A stretch of 64,000 nt of DNA from Octopus vulgaris (taxonomy: Eukaryota). The notes beneath the pieces were generated by a model. The model was given only the letters and a program-made list of their open reading frames with translations. It was not told the DNA's origin and made no database searches. Numbering within the stretch: the first letter of the stretch is position 1; the number at the start of each line of letters is the position of its first letter. A program made the position numbers and the translations under genes. Location of the stretch: assembly GCA_951406725.2 (NCBI GenBank), contig OX597840.1, positions 14,694,001 through 14,758,000 of the forward strand. The letters run 5' to 3'. Positions 14,869 to 28,239 of this stretch are shown piece by piece.

Positions 14869-16449
14869 TCTATATATATAAAATTGAGAATGTGTGTCTG
14901 TCTGTCTGTGTGTTTCCCTAAAACTTGAGAACTACACAACCAATTTCATTCAAATTTTACACATGCCTTACTTAGGGTCCATGTAGTTTCCTGGGCAAAA
15001 AAAGTGTTCAACTTCTTGACTAGGGCGAGCCCATAGCAATATCATATCTTCTCCACTATTTCAGTATTCCATGTTAAAAGTGAAGCAAAAACATTTCTTT
15101 ATTTTATGTCAGATACTTTCTCTTTAACAATAAAAATTAGAGATAATAATAGCAATTGAATTATATGTAGTAAGTAATAATTAAAATCAAAGTAAATTAA
15201 ATCGTAACATTACAATTAAAAGTAAAAATAGCAATTGGTATAAAATTGCATCAATGACTTGAACTTGAATAAGTGGTTTCACATGAATGGGAATAAATTA
15301 AAAATAAAATTAGTGTGCAGAAATGGAATAGTCCAGATGGAGCTGTGCATGCACATACCATTTACCATGGCTTTTACATTAGATTATCTGCTAATTAGCT
15401 AGCATTAAGTATCTATATGAAGTTTGGCTGTATGTAATGTCTGTTTTCTCGAACAGCCACTACTACTGAGTACTGCTGTTGGTTTATTTCTTATATATAA
15501 AGGACTATAGCTTCAACTGCGTACTGCTTTTTGATTCACCGTAAGGTTTGTTGTTATTATTATTACTGTTTAACTATTGTTATCACGTTTGTTGGTTCCT
15601 CGTAAGGGAAAAATTGTTGTGTTGCATTTGTTAAATAATTGTAAACTGTAACCCTCCCCCTTTGGGAGAAGGAGCTTTGGTTATTGTTTAAAAATTGAAT
15701 TGTGTCCCTGTTTGGGGAAATTGGCAATATTTTCACCGTTTATACAGAAGCATTTTTGTTAGAATGCCTTTGATAGTAGAAAGTCCAAAAATGAATTTCG
15801 CTGCAGCCATCGGCGGGCGCAAACTCATTAAAATTAAAATGGAAGAAATACAAACCTATTTCGGATTGATCACCAACAAAGATGGTGAATATTGGATAAC
15901 ACCGCCAAACAAAATAAAAAATTAAATTAAAGAAAAGACTATTGTCTATAAACTATACAATGTAGAGAAAAAAAAAGATTTGAACACCTGGAGGAAAGCA
16001 CCATTGAAAAGTGTCTTGGTGCGAGTATAAAAGATATCTAACCAGAGGCGGTAAATTCGCCACAATAGAAGCAAGGTTCGAGTCACAATAGAAGCAAGGG
16101 AGTACTCGACTCAAACCTTACTAAGTGGAAATATTTTATTTTTACCTTTATATCTGGGACGTAGAACGTCCCGGATAAAAATTTAAAATGTCCCCCCAGA
16201 AGTAGAGGTAGGCTGGATTGTAGCCACACTTCTATACAAGAGGGAGGACAAGATACAATTGATCGAGACGGGCCTACAATTCCAGTCTGTTATATATTTT
16301 GAGTATTGTTATCACTAGCGATATCAAGATATAACTTTGTATTTTGTATTTTATGTGTAGATGTATATATATATAGATGTACATGTAATATGTACACATA
16401 TATACATGCACTAGTACTATGACCCGGCAACAACGGGTCATAATGCTAG
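14869..16449 (+). mobile_element. Non-autonomous Helitron-like element (~1.58 kb)
   Basis: Begins A|TC (14869) followed by a (TCTG)-type microsatellite; ends with hairpin atgacccg-gcaacaa-cgggtcat (16419-16441) and CTAG|T (16446-16449); no TSD; inserted in the AT run of a family A SINE. Confidence 0.75.
15839..16285 (+). pseudogene. Decayed LINE ORF1-like coding fragment inside the Helitron
   Basis: Frameshifted translation ...TIEAREYSTQTLLSGNILFLPLYLGRRTSRIKI*NVPPEVEVGWIVATLL; the x-I-x-NVPP pattern resembles the RRM-like region of L1/Tx1 ORF1 (inference). Confidence 0.45.
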
Positions 16450-16480
<31 letters not shown>

Positions 16481-17155
16481 GGTGTCCATAAATTACAGAC
16501 ATCACTAAATATACTCCCAATGGTTGTTATATATTTTTCGATAACGTAATAGGTTACCTTGGATGCTGTCTATATTACAATATTACAATAACAAGCAATA
16601 TGTTGTGTGTGTAGTAAAATTACGATCATGAAATCCCTAGGAATCCCTAGGATCTTTTGTGAAACCCTGGCGTTCCAGAGAACCCTGGTTGAGAAACGCT
16701 GCCATAGAGGCACTTGACTAGTGTGGTTAGGAAGGGCTGCATCTAGCAAAGGTATTTTGATAATGGTGTGTTGTGGCTTTTATCCAGTAATGGTTGAATG
16801 TAATGGAATGATGGGAAGAATTGTGAGGTTTATGTAGAATACAGAAGGTTCATGCTGTTTCACCTTCTATCTGACTGTGTGGAAACCTTGGGCAGGTGCC
16901 TCCAACTATAGTTGCTGGCTGTATTATCTTGTAATTTATCACTTATGGTGAAGCACCAGAATTTTATACATAAATATATGCACACACAAACATGCAGTAT
17001 CCATGTTGAAAAGTTTTGACTTATCATCGTTTAACCAAACAAAAACATGTGAGCATTCTTATTTGGATTTCATGGCAATCTGAAGTTGTCCCTTAATCCC
17101 AAACTTCTGTAAAATCCTCCACAGCATCGGTACTATGAATATGTGATTAGAATGT

Positions 17156-17760
17156 CGGTGAGCTGGCAGAAACGTTAGCACACCTGGCGAAATGCTTAGT
17201 GGTATTTCGTCTGCCTCTACGTTCTGAGTTCAAATTCCGCCAAGGTTGACTTTGCTTTTCTTCTTTTCGGGGTCGATTAAATAAGTACCAATTATGCACT
17301 GGGGTCGATATAATCGATTTAATCCATTTGTTTGTCCTTGTTTGTCCTCTCTGTGTTTAGCCCCTTCTTGTGGGTAATAAAGAAATAGGTATTTCGTCTG
17401 CCATTACATTCTGAGTTCAAATTTCGCCGAGGTTGACATTACCTTTCATCTTTTTGGGGTGGATTAAATAAGTACCAGTTATGCACTGGGGTCGATACAA
17501 TCGACTTAATCCGTTTGTCTGTCCTTGTTTGTCTTCTCTGTATTTAGCCTGTTGTGGGTAGTAAAGAAATAGGTATTTCATTTGCCGTTACGTTCTGAGT
17601 TTAAATTCTGCCGAGGTCTACTGCCTTTCATCCTCTCTGGGTCAATAAATTAAGTACCAGTTACACAGTGGGGTCGATGTAATCGACTTATTCCCTTTGT
17701 CTGTCCTTGTTTATCCCCCCCCCCTATGTTTAGCCCCTTGTGAGCAATAAGGAAATAAAA
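17156..17760 (+). mobile_element. Head-to-tail trimer of family B SINE (~184-bp period)
   Basis: ggtatttcgtctgcc...gagttcaaattccgccgaggtcgactttgcctttcatcctttcggggtcgat..aagtaccagt..cactggggtcgat repeated from ~17200, ~17387 and ~17572; the central motif resembles the Sauria/Meta-type SINE domain. Confidence 0.9.
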
Positions 17761-17847
17761 ATGTCACAGGAAAGAATTTCAAGACAGATTCTTGAAGCCA
17801 AGCCAACCAGCAGGAGATCCATGGTTAGACCAAGGACAAGATAGTTG

Positions 17848-18092
17848 TTCCTTCTCGAGCCATGTCAATCTCATAAGGGCCAGTTTCCCTGTTTCAGTGG
17901 TGTAGAAATTCCCCACCTGAATGAGACGCTGGTCCATCACAGCGTTACTCATTTTTGCCAGCTGAGTGGACTGGAGCAACGTGAAATGAAGTGTTTTGCT
18001 CAAGAACACAGCTCATCGTCCAGTCCAGGAATCGAAACCACAACCTTACGATCATGAGTTCAACACCCTAACCACTAAGCCACGCGCTTCCA
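17848..18092 (-). mobile_element. Family D tRNA-SINE with target-site duplication
   Basis: Flanking direct repeat caaggacaagatagttg at 17831-17847 and 18093-18109. Confidence 0.88.
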
Positions 18093-18117
18093 CAAGGACA
18101 AGATAGTTGGATAATAT

Positions 18118-18585
18118 TCATAGTTTCCCAGTTGATTGCTCCAGAAAGTGTAATGATAGTTGTTTCTGACTGGATCCTATGGAGGAGATACCTACGGACT
18201 CTAGCCCCACAATCCACCCAGGAATAATGGGTGGGGAAGATAAATGGGTGGATAAACTCACAGACACATACACACAATTTCCTTTCTTTGAAGATGGTAA
18301 AACACGATTTGAGGGCAAGTTGGCTGTTTTATTTAACAGGTTACATGACCAATAACAATTCTCCTTGTCTCCCTTTATGTCTCTCTTTGAATAAAAAAAA
18401 ACTATTTTCCTTTTACCAATTCTCAGAGATGTGTTTTGGCCCGGATTAATTCCTCCAAAAATATCACATCTCCAGTAGCCTTCGACACATTCTTTAAATT
18501 GCTTAAACCAAAACCAATTACGAAATTTTTCATTCAATTTAAAATATTCTCCACATTTTGGAAAACTCTCGTCACACAACTCCAT
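18118..18585 (-). CDS. Candidate orphan ORF/exon in unique sequence (MELCDESFPKCGEYFK...), function unknown
   Basis: ~155-codon open frame outside simple repeats, gtaATGG start context, possible donor ct|gtgagt near 18260; no recognisable domain. Confidence 0.2.
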   Translation of the reverse strand: MELCDESFPKCGEYFKLNEKFRNWFWFKQFKECVEGYWRCDIFGGINPGQNTSLRIGKRKIVFFYSKRDIKGDKENCYWSCNLLNKTANLPSNRVLPSSKKGNCVYVSVSLSTHLSSPPIIPGWIVGLESVGISSIGSSQKQLSLHFLEQSTGKL

Positions 18586-18671
18586 TACTGCTGGATCGTA
18601 AAAACATTTCAATAAATAGCCATCTTAAATGGGTAACCAGTTTCTCTAAACATGCACTGAATACTGACACA

Positions 18672-18721
<50 letters not shown>

Positions 18722-19687
18722 GATATGCAGACACAGACATGCAGGCACAGATATGTTTATATGCATAAACGCACACATGCATGTAATTTTACTTTCGCAT
18801 ACGCTCAAATGCATATACACATACACATATACACTGATGCTAAAGCACATACACACACACACATACACACACACACACTAGCTCTCTCTCTCCCACTAAC
18901 TCAGACACACTCTCTCTCTTTCTCTCTCTCACTATAGATCATATACACACACATGTTAACTCTCTCTCACAAACTTAGACACACACTCAAGTACACACAC
19001 ACACACACACACACGTGCACACGTGTTTCTTTATACACCACAATGCACTTGCACATGCACACACACACACACACATGCTACCCCCTCTCATTCCCTTCTT
19101 TCTCCCTCTCTCTTTCTCTCACAAACTTACACACACACACACATCCATGCATGTCTTTCTGTGTCTCTTTAAACACACACACACATACACACACACAAGC
19201 ACACACACACACACACATGCACACACACACACACAAGCACACACACAAGCTAACCCCTCTCACTTCCTCTTACTTTCTCTCTCCCCCTCCGCCCCTCCCT
19301 CTCATTGACGATGTTCCATGGTGTTAAGTGATCTCACTAAAATGCTTTCAAAACTGTCTTCAGCTCCGATTTATCTCTTCGTTTGTTTATATATTTATTC
19401 ATTGGGGGAAGACATATTGAGGTTGGGGTGGGGTGGGCTGAGTAGAGGCGGAGGACATTTCTGTGCGGTGAGTAGGGGGGGGTTCTTGAAACCATCATCA
19501 TCATCATCATTGAATATCATGTCTTCCTGGAAGTCTTTTGCGATTTTGTTTTTTTAGATATAAAATGAAAGTCAGGATTGACTGATTTTCATGGGGTTAC
19601 TTATTGTTAGGAGGTGTTTGTGTATGTCTATATGTGTGTGTGTGTGTGTTTGCTTGTCTATTTACACAACATATATATATGTATATA

Positions 19688-19739
<52 letters not shown>

Positions 19740-19952
19740 TATGTATGTATATATGTGTATATGTATATGTATATATATATGTATATGTGTATATATTTAT
19801 GTATATATATATGTATATGTATATATATATATGTATATATATATGTATATATATGTGTATATGTTTGGTTATATATATATATGTATGTGTATATATATTT
19901 ATATATATATATATGAGTATGTATATGTCTGGTTATATATATGTATGTATGC

Positions 19953-19993
<41 letters not shown>

Positions 19994-20079
19994 CATATGA
20001 GTATGTATATATTTATACATGTATATATATATGTGTGTATATATATATATGTACATGTATATTTATATATATGTAAGTG

Positions 20080-20112
<33 letters not shown>

Positions 20113-20551
20113 ACATGTACATTATATATATATATGTGTGTGTGTGTACATGTACATTATATATAGATGTGTGTGTGTATATATTTATATGTATGTATGT
20201 ATGTATAGTCGTGTATTTTGATTCAGTGAACAAGTTTACAATATAGCAAAATAAAGTACTCAATACTTCACAGATTGTGTTATTTTCTTTATTCTTTACT
20301 CAATTATTTGTTAACCAAATTAATTCCACTTTGATTCTCTTTTAAATTGACCAAATTTGAAAAACTAATGGAAGCAGAAACAATTCTGCAAACTAGTAAC
20401 CTAATAAAGAATATGTCTTTGAGTATGCGCATGTTGTGTGTACTGTGTGTGTATGGGTGTGTGTGTGTCTATGTGTGTGCTTATATGTGCAGCATATGCA
20501 TCTATGAATGTATGTACAAGGGTTTCTGTATGTGTCATCTTGTATGTGTGT

Positions 20552-20630
<79 letters not shown>

Positions 20631-21264
20631 AGGTGCAGGAGTGGCTATGTGTTTGTTTCCCAACCACATGGTTCAGGTTCAGTCCCACTGACCATTCCGA
20701 AATATATATATATATATATATATATATCATCATCATCATTGTCGTCATTGTTTAACGTCTGCCTACCACGCTGACATGGCTTGGACGGTTTAACTGAGGG
20801 CTGGCAAGCCAGGCTGCACCAGGCTCCAATTATATAAATATATATATATATATGTATGTAAGGTGCAGGAGTGGCTATGTGTTTGTTTCCCAACCACATG
20901 GTTCAGGTTCAGTCCCACTGCATGGTACCTTGGGTAAATCTCTTCTACTATAGCCTTGGGTTGAACAAATCCTTATGAGTGGATTTGGTAGATGGAGACT
21001 GAAAAACCTGTTGGAAATATATGTATATATTTGTGTGTTTGTGTCTGTATTTGTCCCCCACTATCACTTCACAACTGATATTGGTGTGTTTATGTTCCTG
21101 TAACTTAACGGTTTGTCAAAAGAGACCAATAGAATAAGTATTATTCTTATAAAGAATAAGTTCTTGCTTGATATATTCAGCTAAAACCTCTTAAGGTGGT
21201 GCTCCAGCATGGTCACAGTCATATGAGTGAAATGGGTAAAAGAATAAAAGAATATATATAGGTG

Positions 21265-21880
21265 TATCATCATCATCATCATCATCATTTAACGTCCATT
21301 GTCCAAGCTGGCATGTGTTGGATGGTTTCACCAGGAGTGGCAAGCTGGAAGTCCTCAGTAGACTGCATTCTGATTTGGCATTGTTTCTACAGTTGGATGC
21401 CCTCCCTAACGCCAACCATGCCAAGAGTATAATGGGTGCTTTTACATGCCACTGGCATGGGTGCTCTTTGTGTGACACTGGTATCTGCCATGACTGTGAT
21501 TTTTCGCATCATGATTAGCCTTCTTCTCAAGCATGACGTAATGCCAAAGGTCTCAGTCATTGCCTCTGTGAGGCCCAAAGTTCAAAGATCATGCTTCACC
21601 ACTTCGTCCCATGTCTTCCTAAGTCTACGTCTGCCACAGTTAGAGATTGGCACTTCCTTACACAGTTGTCCTTGTCCATATGCATCACACCAACGGCAAT
21701 AAAGGTAGGAGCTGCATCACACCAACTGCAATAAAGGTAGGAGCTCTGTGAACTTTGACCAACCTAATCTCATGCTCACAGCTACGCTCTCAGTACATCC
21801 ATCTCCACTACTAGCTTGGTCATCTACATAATGGAAGTTATCTACTACCTCTAGCTTACCCCCGCTACCTCGTGATGGAC
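21265..21880 (-). mobile_element. RTE-type LINE 3' fragment
   Basis: Minus-strand GKLEVVDNFHYVDDQASSGDGCTESVAVSMRLGWSKFTELLPLL matches the RTE region at 41750-41935; ends in the (cat)n tail. Confidence 0.8.
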
Positions 21881-21913
21881 ATATACATATACGTATATAT
21901 ACATATATATATA

Positions 21914-22920
21914 TAGGGTGTCCCAAAAGTCATTGATGCATTTCAGTTTTTAATAACTTCTTTAACTGTGGCTGTGTGGTAAGTAGCTTGCTTACCAACC
22001 ACATGGTTCCAGGTTCAGTCTCACTGTGTGGAACCATGGGCAAGTGTCTTCTACTATAGCCTCAGGCCAACCAAAACCTTGTGAGTGGATTTGGTAGATG
22101 GAAACTGAAAGAGGCCCGTCATATGTATATATGTGTGTGTGTGTGTATGTGTGTGTGTGTATGTATGTGTGTGTGTGTGTGTGTATGTGTGTGTGTACAT
22201 GTGTGTGTGTCTGTGTTTGTCCCCCTAACATCACTTGACAACCAATGCTGGTGTGTTTACATCCCCGTAACTTAGCGGTTCGGCAAAAGAGACCGGTAGA
22301 ACAAGTACTAGGCTTACAAAGAATAAGTCCTTGGGTTGATTTGCTCGACGAAAAGTGGTGCTCCAGCATGGCAACAGTCAAATGACTGAGACAAGTAAAA
22401 GAGGAAAAGAGAGTAAACAGAGTAACTTTACAAAGAATTGCAGGAAATTTTGATACAATATAAAGGACAGAATGGAAATTAAGATGCAGAAGTCAAATTT
22501 TGCAACACCCCTACATCACATTTGAAAAAGGACATCACTTAAATGGCAGCCATTTTTGGTTTTGCAGACTCGTGCTCTTTCGAAAACTTGCACCATAACA
22601 CCCTCAATAGTTTCAGACGTCACTTCCCTGATTTCTCAATTGATGTTCTCCTTCAATTGCACCAGGGTCTCTGGTTTGTTGATGTAAACTCTCTCTTTAA
22701 GGTAACTCTACAAGAAAAAATTCAGGCTAGTGTCAAATCTGGGGAACATAAAGGCCAGTTGACATTGCCATAGTGGGAGATCTTTCTCTCTCCAAAGTAC
22801 TGCTGTAGCAACTGCATTGTTTCTCTCAAAATATGAGCAGTTGCCCCATCTTGCTGGAACCATGTGTGAGGTCTTCTTTGAATGGTTGGGTGCAAAAAGG
22901 TCTCAATCATGGATACCTGA
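21914..22920 (-). mobile_element. Tc1/mariner-superfamily (maT/rosa-like) transposon remnant with SINE insertion at 21966-22415
   Basis: WFQQDGATAH...NWPLCSPDLT motif; terminus TA-tagggtgtcccaaaagt at 21914; homologous inverted copy at 44383-44948. Confidence 0.85.
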
Positions 22921-23177
22921 TATTTATACAACAAGCTTCTTTGAGTTTCCGTGTGCCAAATCCACTCAGAAGTATTTTTTCAGTCCAAGGGTGTAGTAGA
23001 AGACACTTGCCCAAGGTGTCACACAGTGGGACTGACCCTGGATCTATGTGGTTGGGAAGCAGGCTACTTACCACACAGTCACTTCTGCACCTATATATGC
23101 TGTAGAAAACTTTTTCATAAAAAATTTTGGAAGAGAATAAATCTCCACTCTACTCTTGTTTATCAACTATATATATA

Positions 23178-23210
<33 letters not shown>

Positions 23211-23214
23211 CTGG

Positions 23215-23538
23215 GAGACCCCCTTTGGTCACGACACAGACCATGGGATTGCACCTAGAAAGTTACCCTCCCTGGCACAAGTCCAGGCTAGGTTGTTTAT
23301 GGAAGACCAGCAGTCGCCCATGCATACTGGCATCCCCTCGCCACGCTGCCAGTGTTATCCAAAAGAAAGGCAAAGGGAGCGATACAGCTTGGCACCTGTG
23401 ATGTGGCAACTCATTTCTACAGCTGAGTGAACTGGAGCAATGTGAAATAAAGTGTCTTGCTCAAGAACGCAAGGATTTGAGCTCACAACCTCACAGTCGT
23501 AAGCTTGACGCTCTAACCACTGAGCCATGCGCCTTCAC
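23215..23538 (-). mobile_element. Family C tRNA-SINE
   Basis: Reverse-complement similarity to 2185-2483. Confidence 0.7.
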
Positions 23539-23558
23539 ACGCACACACACACACATAT

Positions 23559-23609
<51 letters not shown>

Positions 23610-24219
23610 TACACATACACGCGCATGTATGCATGTCTCTACACAATTTGTGTATGCGTTCTTCTAGTAAGAGTGCCTGTATGGAAGCATCGGTATATTA
23701 GTGTGTGAGAGAGAGAGAGAGAGAGAGAAAGAGAGCACCAAGGCATGTATATGTTTCCCTCCAAGAAACTCAAATATTTTCTTTCACTAATCTTCCCAAT
23801 AACCTTAATGGATTGATTCTGGACTGTGAAAGTCAGTATTTTTATAGACATCTTCTAAGAACTCCATTATTGATGGGTTTCTCTGTAAATCATTTTCTTC
23901 TACAGCTCATTGCGCGTACACACACACACACATGCTGATTCCTGTAATTGAGGATCTCCTTCTTCATGCTGACAAGTTCTATGAGTTGTGCTTCTCGTAA
24001 ACATCCACCATGTGTTGTTCTTATTATTCTTGTTGTTTCTCTTTGTAATTTTAAAGGAAACAGTTTTAGGGAAATGAAAGTCTCAATGCCTGGTTTAACA
24101 CCAGGCCCTCGTCCATGGGTGGCTGGGGAAGAACCTGTTCTGCTGCAGTTGTTTGGGTCAAGTCTATAGTCAGTAGATCACTTGATTCTTCCCTGACCAA
24201 TATTTCAGGCTCAATATTT

Positions 24220-25210
24220 AAGGCGGCGAGCTGGCAGAATTGTTAGCATGCTGGGTGTACGTTCTGAGTTCAAATTCTGCCAAGGTCAACTTTGCCTTTA
24301 ATCCTTTCGGGGTCGATAAATTAAGTACCAGTTACACACTGGGGTCGATGTAATCAACTTAATTCCGTTGTCTGTACTTGTTTGTCCCGTCTATGTTTAG
24401 CCCCTTGTGGGCGACAAAGACATGAATATTTCAGGCTCTGGAAAGTACTGTGGGGGTAGGGTAGAGTAGGGGATGGCATACTTCCCCACTGTGGTTAAAC
24501 CCTGGCCCTACTCATTATAAAAAAACATCATGGCAACTGGAGAACTGACTCTCATCTAAGAGAGCAGAACAGTTGAGCTTTGGAAGCAAAAATGTCTTGT
24601 AATATTTAGTTCCAAATAAGGCAGTAAGCTGGCAGAAATGTTAGTATGTCGAGCAAAATGCTTAGCAGTATTCTGTCTGTCTTTATGTTATGAGTTCAAA
24701 TTCCGCCGAGGTCAATTTTGCCTTAGGTGTCAGTAAATTAAGTACCAGTTGCATACTGGGGTCATTCTAATCGACTGGCCCCCTCCCCCAAAATTGCGGG
24801 CCTTGTGCCTAGAGTTGAAAATAATATTTAGTTCCAAATGCAGTGGTGAGCTGGCAGAATCATTAGCATGCCAGGCAAAATGTTTAGCAGCATTTCATCC
24901 ATCTACAGTGTGAGTTCAAATTCCACCAACGTCAACTTTGCTTTTCATCCTTTCGAGATCAATTAACTATGTACCAGTTGAACACTGGGGTCCATTACAT
25001 GGACCTAGTGTTTCCCCTGAAATTGCTGGCCTTGTGCCAAAACTTGAAATCAGTATTAAGTTCCAATCCCTTACATTCTGGGTTCAAATTCTGCTGAGGT
25101 CAAAATCTTTTATTCTTCAGGGGTCAATAAAATAAAATACCAGTTATGAACTAGAGGTTGATGTTATGAACTTCACTTTTTTAGGCATTATGCCTATGTT
25201 AGAAATCAAT
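24220..25210 (+). mobile_element. Cluster of four family B SINEs with visible TSDs
   Basis: TSDs aatatttcaggctc (24199, 24425) and aatatttagttccaaat (24601, 24823). Confidence 0.85.
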
Positions 25211-26132
25211 ATTTTAACTGATGGTTTAATCAGATTGATCTCCAGTCATCATCAGATGTCTTATTCCATGACATGAAGATGATATTAGGCTGGATTCGAA
25301 CCAGGAAACTTTATTTCCAAACTAAGCACGCTAAAGTGACTTACAGCTGTTTAAGCAGTGTAGTAATAGGGATCAGTTTCACTAGATATAAGGGGCCTAC
25401 AAATGCTATGGGTATTGCCCCTTTCTCAAGACTTAACTCTCACCCTGACCTGAACTTTGATGTTCCTTACTGACAACCCTTGTGTATATATATTTATGTA
25501 TATAACACAACCAAACCTCCACCCTAAGCACTAGCCTTCCTATATAAATGTGTGTGTATGTGTCTCTGTCTGTTTGTGTGTGTGTGTGTGTGTGTGTATG
25601 GATGCATGTGTGTGTGGATGTGGGTGTGTGTACACTTGTCTGGACATTGCATGATGGTTATAAACATACAAGTGATGTTTCTTTGCACTCCTATGTCTTT
25701 CTCAATGGATCTGTGTTCTAACAAATGGTAGCATATCTCTAAAAGCAGTTCTCCAAATAGATAGATCTGGAAATAAAGATAACCAAAATGGTGGTGGTCG
25801 TCATGGGTCTGAAGTAATTCTCTATGATAACAGGGTCTTTGAGAATGGATGTAGAATGTAAACCCCTGTCTGGCTATGGGGATATATTGCTTTGCTTGGA
25901 GGTGAGGGTTAGTGACAGGATGGGCATCCAGCTGTAGAAGAATCTGTCTCGACATTCCATCCAACCCATGCAAGCATGGAAAAATGGATGTTGAATGATG
26001 ATGATTATGATGATGAATGGTGAATAAATTAGGGGAAGTAATGATTTTCTACATTCTTTGTTAAAATAGCAAAAGGTTAACCAATGCCTTTCAAGTGGAT
26101 TTCATACATGGAAACTGTGTGGAATCCTGTTG

Positions 26133-26181
<49 letters not shown>

Positions 26182-26849
26182 ACATTTGCGTATTTTGCAC
26201 CTGACTGCTTGACCACTTGTGTTTGTATGCTTTCATCCCATAAAGTAGCTGGTCATTAAAGAGGGACCACATATCTGTGCCAGATTTAAAATAAATGCTA
26301 GGTTCAATTTAATTGATTCAGCTCTTCACATAGTGCTCCATGAAACATGCAAGAACATGTAAGAATATAAAATGGTTTTTAAGCCTTTAGCATTGAAACC
26401 GGCCAAATTCTCTGCTTTTATTGGCACAGATGTGGTTGTGTGGTAAGAAGCTTGCTTCCCAACCGCATGGTTCCAGGTTCAGTCCCACTGCATGGCACCT
26501 TAGGTAAGTGTCTTCTACTATAGCCTTAGGTAGACCAACACCTTGTGAGTTGATTTGGTAGATGAAAACTGAAAGAAGCCCATTGTATGTATGTATGTGT
26601 GTATGTGTGTATGTGTGTCTGTTTGTCCCCCTCCCCCACCATCACTCGACAACTAGCGTTGGTGTGTTTATGTCCCCATAACTTAGCAGTTTGGCAAAAG
26701 AGACCAATAGAATAAGTACTAGGCTTTAAAAAATATTTTCTGGGGTCAATTTGTTTGACTAAAACCCTTCAGTGCGGTGCTCCAGCATGGCCACAGTCAA
26801 ATAATTGGAACAAGAAAAAGAATATCCATCCCAAATATCATTGAAATAA

Positions 26850-28045
26850 AAGTCATTTTTTTTTTCATACAAAGAATGAACTTTAATCAATTATACATTT
26901 TCCATTTTGTTCAATTACCTTTTGCCATCTTTCAGGCAACTCTGTGATTCCATGCTCATGGAACTTCTGGTCCTTATCAGCCAAAAACTGAAGCAAGTGC
27001 AATTTCAGGTCATCATCATTATTAAAAATTTTACCATTCAAAGAATTTTTCCAAACTTCAAAATAAATAGTGATCTGATGCTGCAAGGTCAGGGATATAT
27101 GGTCGATGTGGCATCACTTCCCAATCAAGCTCCAATAGTTTTTCAAGAGTTAGCAAAGATATCTGTGGTCTAGCATTGTCAAGGTGGAACACGATTCCTC
27201 TATGATTTGCCAATTCTGCCTTTTTTCTTCCATTGTTTCCCCCAGTTTTATTTGATATTGACAGTAAACATCCAAATTGATCGTTTGGTTCTTTGGAAGC
27301 AGCTCAACATACACAACACCTTAGTAATCCTTCCAAATTGACAGCATGTCCTTTTTTTGGATGCAATTCAGCTTTCAATGTGGCTTGTGCTGGTTCCTTA
27401 CGCTTGGACCATGACCGTTTCCAATTGATGTTATTGTAGACAATCCATTTTTCATCACCAGTGATGATTCGTTTTAAATAAAATGTCGATTTGATTATGT
27501 TTGAGATGCATATCGCAAATATTGATTTGTTGTGATAAGTGGATCTCTTTCAGTTTATGTGGAACCCAAATATTGAGCTTCTTAATGAGTCCAAGACATT
27601 TTAAATGATTTTCAATTGTTGTGTGTGATATATGTAATCTCTCTGCAGTCTCTCACACAGTTACGTGACAATCAGATTCAATTATGGCTTTGATTCCGTC
27701 ATCACTAACTTCAGTAGGTCAACCAGAACGTTGGTTAACTTTGAGTGAAGAATCTCCAGAATGGGATTTTTAAAACCATTTCAGACACGTGTGTTCTGTT
27801 AAGGAATCAATACCATAAACTTCACATATCGATTTGTGAGTCTCAAAAACTTTCTTGCCTTTACAGAAATAAAAAAAACAAAATATGGCAAAAATGTTCT
27901 TTTTACACTCCATGTTAAAATTGACACTGAGCTAACAGCTGTAAACAAAATTACATGCAATTTGCTTCTAAAGTGAGCTAAAAGTAACGGCTATCAAATA
28001 TGAAAAGGAAAAGGATAGTATTGACATAAGTCATTCAAAAACTTA
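26850..28045 (-). mobile_element. Decayed mariner (DD34D) transposon
   Basis: Minus-strand IITGDEKWIVYNN (~27420-27470) and NSLNGKIFNNDDDLK...GITELPERWQKVIEQNGKCIID* ending 26883; several frameshifts. Confidence 0.88.
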
Positions 28046-28239
28046 TAACTCTCTCTTTACTCTTTTACTGGTTTCAGTCATTTGACTGTGGCCATGCTGG
28101 AGCACCACCTTTAGTCGAGCAAATCACTCCCAGGACTTATTCTTTGTAAGCTTAGTACTTATTCTATTGGTCTCTTTTGCTGAACTAATAAGTTACGGGG
28201 ACATAAACACTCCGGCATTGGTTGTCAAGCAATGTTGGT

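Noticed and set aside
17156-17760. Regularly spaced repeats as a CRISPR array or tRNA gene cluster
   Set aside because: Whole units are homologous SINE copies; no unique spacers and no complete cloverleaf
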